A DNA stretch of 64,000 bases, from NCBI RefSeq assembly GCF_032191835.1, contig NC_083236.1, positions 27,466,001 to 27,530,000 of the forward strand. The letters are read 5' to 3'. Source of the stretch: Heteronotia binoei. Its lineage: Eukaryota. Shown piece by piece: positions 56,901-64,000 of this stretch; position 1 is the stretch's first letter, and every line of letters begins with the position of its first letter. The position numbers and the translations under genes are program-made. Under the pieces are notes generated by a model that worked only from the letters and a program-made list of their open reading frames with translations, was not told the origin of the DNA and searched no databases.

Positions 56901-59361
56901 TGACAAGCCTTACAGAAAACTGCTTGTGAGCATTCCATTGCTGCTTCCATCCACCAGAGGCTAGGATATCTGTCAACATTTTGTGACATCAGAGCAGTTC
57001 GTCCAACTGCAGCCTGAGGCTCTGCTGCTTTTCATAAACAAAATCTTTTCACACACATCACCACAGAACTGAGGGAAGAATCCTGAAACATTCACAGCGA
57101 CACTTATTTCGCTTGACATGGCTGTAAACAATAAACATCCTTGAGGTTCAATTAATGTCAGAAACCAGTATGATCCAAAGCCAACTGGGAATTCATGCAG
57201 TTGCCAACGTGGAAACTGCTCCATCAGCCACTCTGGTCTATAGGGCAGATATGGCTTCATTTGAGCCCAGGGGTTCCAAGGGCTTCACAGTGGCCTGTTT
57301 GTTCAGCGCCAGAGCTCAGCTCTGAAAGACACTTCCCAAGAACAAAAAATGAGGTTGTCTCTGTACCAACACGTCACAGATTTACGCAGCCCACCACAAG
57401 CTCTGCTTTGCAGAAGAGGCCACCCACTCACGTTAGCAACCAGATCAAAATCCTGGCACTGCTTCTGTGCTCGAAGGAGGACCTCCAAAGAATCATCCAT
57501 CTCGCTCAGCTCTGCCAGCCGCCTCTGGCCAACATTCTCGATCCAGCTGCTGACCTAAGAGGGGGAAAAGGAGGTTCAAACGGCTGCCTGTTACTGGTTT
57601 AATCGATGCTGGGGAGCTGCCCAGCTCTGGGAAGAATGTGAAAGTCAGCATTTGAGGAGCGCACGTTCCGCTTGTATGCCTGCCAAATCAAGGGAGACGT
57701 TTCGCTGTTGCTCCTAAAGCCCTGGTGTATCAGTCAGCCAAACCAGTGTAGTCCAGGGTATATTCTGCTGAGTTTGGGCATAAAAGCAGTAAGTTCAAAA
57801 ACCAGCTCCTTGAACTGCAATATGGCCGAATGTGAAATTGATCTATTTTGACCAGCATATAATCCCTGGGGTCCACCACACAACTGCCCTTTCCCAACCA
57901 TCCCGAGGAAGGGAAACCTAAGCAGGAAAGGCTCAAAGCTTCAGCCTTTGGATGCAGGCACTAGAATGTACAACAGCAGCTGGGGCACGAAGAACCATGG
58001 GAAATATAGCTCCTGCAATTCTCACCTTCCCTGGGCACTGCCATGCATCCTCATGCCCTAGAGAGGAGCCCATCTTACAGCAGCAGTTCCCAGGAGTCCT
58101 CTCTGCCACCCCTTCCTCTCCTCAAATTACTTTGGGAGAAGGGGCAGTGTGCACGGGTAGGCTGGCTGAAGGGAGGCCCCAGCTCCCTCCTCCCCCTGCA
58201 GTTCCAGAGCCTGCAGGAGCCATTTGCCAGTTGGAAACTGGGCCTTCTCTAAAATCAGATTAACTTGACACACCTGTGTATCTAAATTCAACTGCTGCAA
58301 TCAGATCGCTTTCTGTGCTGGGGATCACAGGTTCCAAAGCTGAGAGGCCATCTTGCAAGCAGAGACAGTAAAAAAGCTCTGCTGCAGCAGCCTGCGTTAG
58401 GCCTGGGAGCAAAACAAGCCCATGAGCCACAGGCAGCTCCACCATGTTAGCAATGGGACATTCCAATCACTGTAAGGTCTGCCACCCACCATCCCTACAG
58501 CCTTGCCTGGCACTCATTTAAGGCCCCCAGGAGGTGCCATGTCACTGCCCATCTTGATCCATGAGCACATCCAGCTAGGCCTGAGCAAACTTGCAGAATT
58601 GGACTGCAGAAACACCCACAAGGTCAACAACAAACCTCTCGGAAGCACTCTTCAAACACCTCAAAGTCCATCACCAGTTCCAGGGCCTGGATTCGCTTGT
58701 TGGAGATCTTCACGAGCTGGTGAATGCTTTCGTCCACCTGGTTGTAAAGTGTGACGGCTTCCTCCAGCGCATCTCTGAGAGGGAAGTGCAGGCAGTTAGT
58801 GGCCAGAACACCAGCTTCTTCTTATGAGCTCTGGTTAGATGCTGGCTCTCTCTCAAGCCACTCCCTCTCCACCCCTGTGCCACAGAGTGACTGCAAAGAT
58901 GACCATCCCCTCCAAATAAAGGCCTGGAACTGAGAGGGAGGAGGATGCAGTGAAGCCAAGAGAAGGTGCGATGAGGCCAGCTGGAGGCAAGGCCACTGAG
59001 AGGAGAGAGATGCTGATAAGGACATCTTTTCCAAATGACAGCCCCAGAAGGGGTAGCTGTGTTATTCCATTGTGGCACTCATAAACAGGATTCCTATGGC
59101 ACCTTAAAGACTGGCAAGCTTTTACTCTGGCATACGCTTTTGCGGACTGCAGTCCAGTTGTTTAGATGGCAGAAAAACTTGGTTTGCATTTCTGCTGACA
59201 CATTGATGGGCTGCTTCCCCCTGGCAACATTGGTACAAGCAGGGACAGCAGCCCTGAATGGAAGAGGATAGTTCTCCCTGTACCTGTACTCAAAGCTGGC
59301 TGTCACAGAAAGTCTCTGAAGCACATTTAACACATGGGTGCTCTCTAACATCAGTGCTGAC
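38947..59361 (-). CDS. PLEKHG4: PLEKHG4 (puratrophin-1; spectrin-like repeats, DH and PH RhoGEF domains), 3' part
   Basis: Exons in transcript order: 59361-59284, 58774-58636, 57554-57432, 55809-55615, 49020-48122, 46593-46344, 45521-45432, 44990-44766, 43524-43354, 42400-42223, 41580-41464, 41371-41126, 39530-39334, 38952-38947. Phases join in frame. DH motifs ([13 protein letters not shown]; [11 protein letters not shown]; [19 protein letters not shown]; [14 protein letters not shown]) and PH motifs ([15 protein letters not shown]; FEIWFRRRK). The tail-to-tail position next to KCTD19 matches the recalled mammalian arrangement, favouring PLEKHG4 over PLEKHG4B. Confidence 0.9.
39334..39530 (-). 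CDS. PLEKHG4: PLEKHG4 penultimate exon ([25 protein letters not shown]...KSQYVSA)
   Basis: cccag| acceptor, |gtgagt donor; SGSSxSDSxCVSG motif. Confidence 0.88.
41126..41371 (-). CDS. PLEKHG4: PLEKHG4 exon ([14 protein letters not shown]...[11 protein letters not shown]...SSQPSM)
   Basis: ggcag| acceptor, |gtacgt donor; RASIAV and SCSVLGxLNLH motifs. Confidence 0.9.
41464..41580 (-). CDS. PLEKHG4: PLEKHG4 exon ([38 protein letters not shown])
   Basis: gccag| acceptor, |gtaagt donor. Confidence 0.94.
42223..42400 (-). CDS. PLEKHG4: PLEKHG4 PH-domain exon ([33 protein letters not shown]...QAARNK)
   Basis: ctgcag| acceptor, |gttggt donor. Confidence 0.94.
43354..43524 (-). CDS. PLEKHG4: PLEKHG4 PH-domain exon ([15 protein letters not shown]...YIYKRSFK), GC donor
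   Basis: cctag| acceptor; ends AAG|gcaagc; 57 codons, in frame with the next exon. Confidence 0.9.
44766..44990 (-). CDS. PLEKHG4: PLEKHG4 DH-domain exon ([26 protein letters not shown]...AMDAIRDCD)
   Basis: ctcag| acceptor, |gtatgt donor. Confidence 0.95.
45432..45521 (-). CDS. PLEKHG4: PLEKHG4 DH-domain exon ([30 protein letters not shown])
   Basis: ctgcag| acceptor, |gtaaaa donor. Confidence 0.95.
46344..46593 (-). CDS. PLEKHG4: PLEKHG4 DH-domain exon ([20 protein letters not shown]...VSHCFLRH)
   Basis: ggcag| acceptor, |gtaagc donor; Dbl-homology CR1 motif. Confidence 0.95.
48122..49020 (-). CDS. PLEKHG4: PLEKHG4 899-nt exon ([20 protein letters not shown]...[24 protein letters not shown]...ILRKAQSFE...)
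   Basis: Within ORF 48106..48996 plus upstream codons; cgcag| acceptor, |gtatgc donor, phase 0 to 2. Confidence 0.88.
51873..52095 (+). mobile_element. tRNA-derived squamate SINE with L2-like tail; other copies at ~4630-4840 (-), 30635-30840 (+), 52320-52570 (-), 54725-54950 (+), 60595-60725 (-)
   Basis: A box TAGTGGTTAG, B box GGTTCAAATCC, ggttgttgtgagg core, (TAAA)n tail. Confidence 0.8.
55615..55809 (-). CDS. PLEKHG4: PLEKHG4 exon ([19 protein letters not shown]...[12 protein letters not shown])
   Basis: tttcag| acceptor, |gtgaga donor, 65 codons. Confidence 0.88.
57432..57554 (-). CDS. PLEKHG4: PLEKHG4 exon ([41 protein letters not shown])
   Basis: cttag| acceptor, |gtgagt donor, 41 codons. 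Confidence 0.88.
58636..58774 (-). CDS. PLEKHG4: PLEKHG4 exon ([46 protein letters not shown])
   Basis: ctctcag| acceptor, |gtttgt donor; spectrin-like helix with SNxRIQALEL motif. Confidence 0.88.
59284..59361 (-). CDS. PLEKHG4: Probable PLEKHG4 exon ([26 protein letters not shown])
   Basis: Aligns to the recalled family segment SLRLEGGTVLARLRRE...DYR; ends AG|gtacag in phase 2, matching the next exon. Acceptor could be 59361 (cag) or 59366 (tag). Confidence 0.6.
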
Positions 59362-60739
59362 CTGGACTAGGAATAAGCACAGCAAGAAGCTATGCTGGTG
59401 TGAATGCAACTGCCTCCCTCTGCCGAGAGGGGACAGCTACCTTCCCACTTTCCTTGAGGAAGAGCTCTGTGTGATTGGAAGGCTTGCCTAGTCCTCCATG
59501 AAAAAGATCTGTCTTTGCTGTTTTGTATCTCTTAGGGCCTAATAACACCAATGTCTGGTTGAACTAGATGTGCTGCGTTGTAACAAGATTCCAAGATGCA
59601 AGGAGGCTCAGTTTGAATCAGGCTTTGACTTGCCTGAGAAGGCTCTCCTTGTAGGCCTTGGTAGATCTCCGAAAAGAAAGCCATGCACCAAAAAACCACC
59701 CCCAATAGCCCCATGCATACCTTCCAGATGGAATCATGCCTCCCCCCCAATTCATGCCCAGGACTGCAGAGTCAACAAGGCATGTGACGAGAAATGAGAG
59801 GCTTAGGTTCCCCCGAATCCTCTTTTCCTTCATTATAATCACTCTTGTGGGAAGGAAAAGAGTTCCAAACACAGTTTCTGTAGGGGTAATGCTGAGCTCC
59901 AAGCTATTAATTCTAGGGTAATTTGAAACTCAGATGTTTAAAAATTGTTTTTGGCAGCGTTCCTTTCTGAAGAATCTCTTCCCAAAGTGATGGCTCTTTC
60001 TTCCCTTGATAGGGAGAAGGGAATGAGTTGTCCATGAGGATGAGATGGTGTTGTGGGGGGTGGGGGCTGCTGGTGGTGACAGCTGTTTCATAAAAGAAGC
60101 AAGCACATTCCCCAGAACAACCAGAGACTGCTGTTCAGTTTCTCAAATGTGGATAATCTCGGGCCAGGCCCTTTAGGTCACCATAGCTCATGGGCATGGC
60201 AGAGAGGCAAGCCTCCTCCAACACTCTGTTGAAGGTCTGGGAGTCGCTCAGAAATAGGCACAGCCAGGGCAACCAGAACTGTTCTTATCCTGTGCTGACT
60301 TCCATGCCGTAGCAAAGCTAACTTGTGCGGCAGACCGGCAGGCGGCAATGACTGGTCCCTGACACAGAGCAGAGCTGTAGCTCTCCTTAAAGCAGGGCTG
60401 GCACAGCTACTGGAGTGAGCCAACAGGTACTCCAGAGAGGGCCAAGGCCTGCACCAATGCCAAAATAAAAAATAATGACTAAAGTACTTCCCGAGAGGCC
60501 TGTAATTCCCATTCACAAGTCCCTGGTTGATGCCTTAAAAACTAGCTGTTTTCTATGTAGCCTGCTGGACCTCATGTTGAAGAAGAACAGCAGGAGGAGA
60601 CTGTATTTAAATCTCGTCCTTCACTACCCAAAGGAGTCTCAGAGCAGCTTACAATCTCCTTTCCCTTCCTCTCACCATGACAGACACCCTGTGAGGTAGG
60701 TGGGGCTGAGAGAACTCTCCAAGAACTGCCCTTGAGAGG

Positions 60740-61047
60740 AACATCAGAACATAAGAGATGCCATGTTGGATCAGGCCAAATGGCCCATCCAGTCCAACAC
60801 TGTCTCACAGTGACAAAAACACCCCCTAGGTGCCATCCAGAGGTCCACCAGTGGGGCCAGGACACTAGAAGCTCTCCCACTGTTGCCCTCGCCCCAAACA
60901 CCAAGAATACAAAGCATCACTTGCCCCAGACAGAGAGTTCCATCTATACCTTGCGACTAATAGCCACTGCTGGACCTCTGCTCCATATGTGTATCCAATC
61001 GCCTCTTGAAGTTATCCATGCTGGTAGCTGCCACCACGTTCTGTGGC
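60740..61047 (-). mobile_element. CR1 LINE 3' end; a second fragment lies at ~4860-5000 (+)
   Basis: tggactggatgggccatttggcctgatccaacatggcatctcttatgttct tail and atggataacttcaagaggcgattggatac ORF2 end. Confidence 0.8.
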
Positions 61048-62129
61048 AGCTCTGCGAGAACCTCTGATTGGCTCAAGGTTCCTCTTTCAGATTTGATTTC
61101 CCCTCTGGCAAGGCAGGGGACCTTTTCAGGGCAATAAGGCACTTTCTGTAGCAGTCATACCTCTCTGGGCTAGTTAGTGTGTGAGGCCTAGCAGTTCTAA
61201 CTGAGACAGATACAGTTGTACAAATGAGGATGCCGAAAACACACCTGTCTCACATATAGCCATGGAGATGCAGCTCTGACAGAGCTTAATGCAAAGCTTA
61301 ATACAAGGCCAAAATAGGAGTCAATTGCACCTTTAAGACCAACTTAGTTTTATTCAGAACGTAAGCTTTCGTGTGCATGCACACTTGTGCCTATTTGGAT
61401 CTTAATGTGAGGCCCTTCAACTTCATCATCAAAGGATCACGGTACAGATGAAGGCTGCCATCTTCTGGTCATCTCCAGAACAGCAGCCTATAGGCCTCCC
61501 AACAATCTTTGACTGGTCTGTGCCAATGCCAGGAATATCAATGGACCCAGATGTTTTCCATTTGCTGAGAGAAGTTACATCTCATGAAACTTCCTTATGC
61601 CAAGTTAGACCACTGAGCCATTTAAATTTACCACTGTTTTTCCTGACTATCAGAAAGGGAAGGGTCTTTTCCTGAACCTGCTCCCTGAGATCTTTCCGGA
61701 GGAGATGCCGGTGACTGGACCTGTGAACTTGTGCTGACAAAACATACCCAACACAACTGCTCAGCTATGGTCTCTCTCAAACATGCCCCCAAATGCTTCT
61801 TTCCCACCTCCCCCTCTGGGCAGAGGTTGCTGGGGAACTCGGACTAGACAAAGCAGAATGGCTCCTCCCCAAACCTACCACGCCCACTGCTCTTCGAGGA
61901 ACAACCCCTGCTTTCCTCCTGCCATAGCATGAGAAGTAATGGCACTCTTACTTTGCAAGCCACAGCTCTGACAGAGTCAGTCCATTTCCTCTCCTTGAAG
62001 TGCCTAAAGACTTTTTTCTTTGGCACGGACATTCCACCTCCTGGCTTGACAGTTTGAACACTCCACATGCTGCTAACATTTGCCTCAGAAGCTCTGACCT
62101 CATGAATTTAGGGTGTGCTTGTCCCCGTG

Positions 62130-62420
62130 ACAAAGAGTGGTAAAGCAGCGGTACTGCAGTACTGTGATCTGGACTCTGCTCATGACCTGAGCTCTCTCCC
62201 AGCGAAAGCTGGTTCAGGTAGCTGGCCCTAGGTTGACTCAGCCTTCCATCCTTCCGAGGTCAGTAAAATGAGTACCCAGCTTGCTGGGGGAAAAGTGTAA
62301 AAGACTGGGGAAGACAATGGCAAACCACCCCATAAAAAGTTTGCCGTGAAAACATTGTAAAAGCAACATTGCCCCAAAGTCGGAAACGACTGGTGCTTGC
62401 ACAGGGGACCTTTCCTTTCT
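62130..62420 (+). mobile_element. Sauria-type SINE, near full length
   Basis: Same core and Bov-B-like tail ending gcacaggggacctttcctttc. Confidence 0.85.
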
Positions 62421-64000
62421 TGGCCCATTCAAAGGTGAACGGAAGCCACGTAGGCTTCTCTCAGAATGGAACAGAATAAGCATTGACCTTTTTTTGAGGG
62501 GGGAGGCCTGTACTTGAACCTACAATTAAAAGACAATGAGCAATCTGGGGAAACCCCACAGAGAGCTCCTCTGGAATGGCAGGTTTGTCTGACCGCTGTG
62601 TGGCAACACACAACCACAGCTGTCGCATCAGAGGAAGGTTGGTATCGTCTGCTCTGACTGATAGCAGTGCCCTGGGGCACAATCTTTCTCACCCTGGCTA
62701 CTCAAGGCCCTCTTAGCTGCCAAGGACTAACATGAGGCTTCTGCATGGAAAATGGCTTTACAAAACAGGACAAAACGGACCCTGGTCCCTTAGTGAAGGG
62801 GTGGATGCTCAGAGGAAAGAAATGGAAGGATGCCAGAGGAAAGGAAACACTGTTTCACATGGAATGAGGTTACGCGATTCGCACCCACAAAATGAGGTGA
62901 GCATCACTAGCAGCGGCAATTAAAACACGCTGAAGAGTTAAACAGCTCCTCCATGTTCAGAGGCAATATACCGGTGCAAACCATAAGGTAAATGCAACCC
63001 TGTTTTTCAACATCACATTCAAATAGCCAACAATATTTTTCTGAAGTAACGGACATAGAAAAACAGTTCACTACTATACATCTCCTGTCAGCAGCAAGAA
63101 AAAGACTGAGGGAAGAGTGCTCCTTCCTCAGTGGTCAATTTTTTTTGGCAGGAAAAGCCATGTGATGACATGAAGGGGAGGGGGAGCCAGAGCACTCTTG
63201 GGATTAAGCAAGTTCCTTTTAAAAGCTTGCTACGTCTTCTCCATGGTTGGCCTGTGCAGTCCCGCGTGGAACTGCACAGAGGCAACAAAGATGAATAAGA
63301 GGATTTTGTATGCTTTTAATTTTTAAAATTCAGGACTGCCAGAAGCCCTGAAGAAAAATGCCCTGCCTCTTTAATGAAGGCTTAGTGTTCGGAAATGGAT
63401 GGCTGGGGCTTTTCTTGGCAAGGAGGGAAATAACATTCCATTAAATTTTCCTTTTAAAGGGACAGGGCATTTCCCCCCCTCCAGGATCCAGGCAACTGGC
63501 AACCACATTTCAAACCACCTTGAGACACAAGGGGAAAAGTGGGAAATAAACAAATGAATGAATAAATAAACATTTGTCGTTAAGGCAAAAGACTTTCAAA
63601 ATTCAGGCCTATGGAAGGTCCCTGAATGGTACTTGAAACGTTCCTCAAATAACTCCAGATCCTGAGCACGTCACTTAGTACTGTGGAGTGAATATTACCT
63701 TGTGGTAACTTTCGCATGCAACTGACGGGCAGCTGCATTCAGGTCACTTGGCATACAGAGTTTAGCTCTACTGACTTGGGCTTTTCAGTGGGGCAGAAAC
63801 ACAAGGTAAACACGCCAAACTGGTTTGACAATAAGGCAAGGGTAGCCAGGAGCCAAGGTCTTTGTAATGCTCTGGAGTAAATCAATAAAGACAGAGAGGC
63901 TGGCAGGAGGGAAAGAGATCCAAAGACCCCACCCACAACGGCCTGTTTGCTCCTCAGGTAGGCAAGACCTCTCGGTTACTATCAGGCATCACTTTTCCAG

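Noticed and set aside
60178-60516. ORF ending SVGGGLPLCHAHELW, resembling the PLEKHG4 SLGGGLPYCH segment
   Set aside because: The rest of the ORF shows no similarity. Joining it to the 58774 exon creates TGA, and joining it to the 59361 exon would omit ~65 conserved residues. Treated as coincidence; upstream PLEKHG4 exons are unresolved.
1-64000. CRISPR arrays, operons, true tRNA or rRNA genes
   Set aside because: No regularly spaced repeat-spacer pattern or complete structural RNA was seen; the window is eukaryotic.

Overview
Vertebrate genomic DNA from a squamate, probably a gecko (inferred from the repeat families). The window holds two convergent, intron-containing genes. (1) The last 13 coding exons of KCTD19 lie on the + strand (45..34287); all exon phases join into one open frame. 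(2) The last ~14 coding exons of a PLEKHG4 (puratrophin-1) RhoGEF lie on the - strand (59361 down to 38947), with a likely poly(A) signal at ~36770. One KCTD19 intron (11263..25105) is inflated to 13.8 kb by a nested stack: a full-length, decayed L1 on the - strand (~11296..24350) containing a young, structurally complete but inactivated DIRS1-type tyrosine-recombinase retrotransposon on the + strand (12456..18594) and two smaller inserts. The DIRS element is the most interesting part. Its recombinase frame, once two CpG-type stops and a 1-nt deletion are corrected, is open from the codon right after the Gag TGA to the recombinase stop (~950 codons) and overprints ~1.9 kb of the RT/RNaseH/methyltransferase frame. 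It also carries an apparent 76-nt spliceosomal intron in its 3' UTR, and its splice signals could create a poison exon in KCTD19. The rest is the usual squamate mix of SINEs, hAT and foldback MITEs, and L2/CR1 fragments. No rRNA, tRNA or CRISPR loci were found. Family and gene names come from recalled motifs and sequences, not from database searches.
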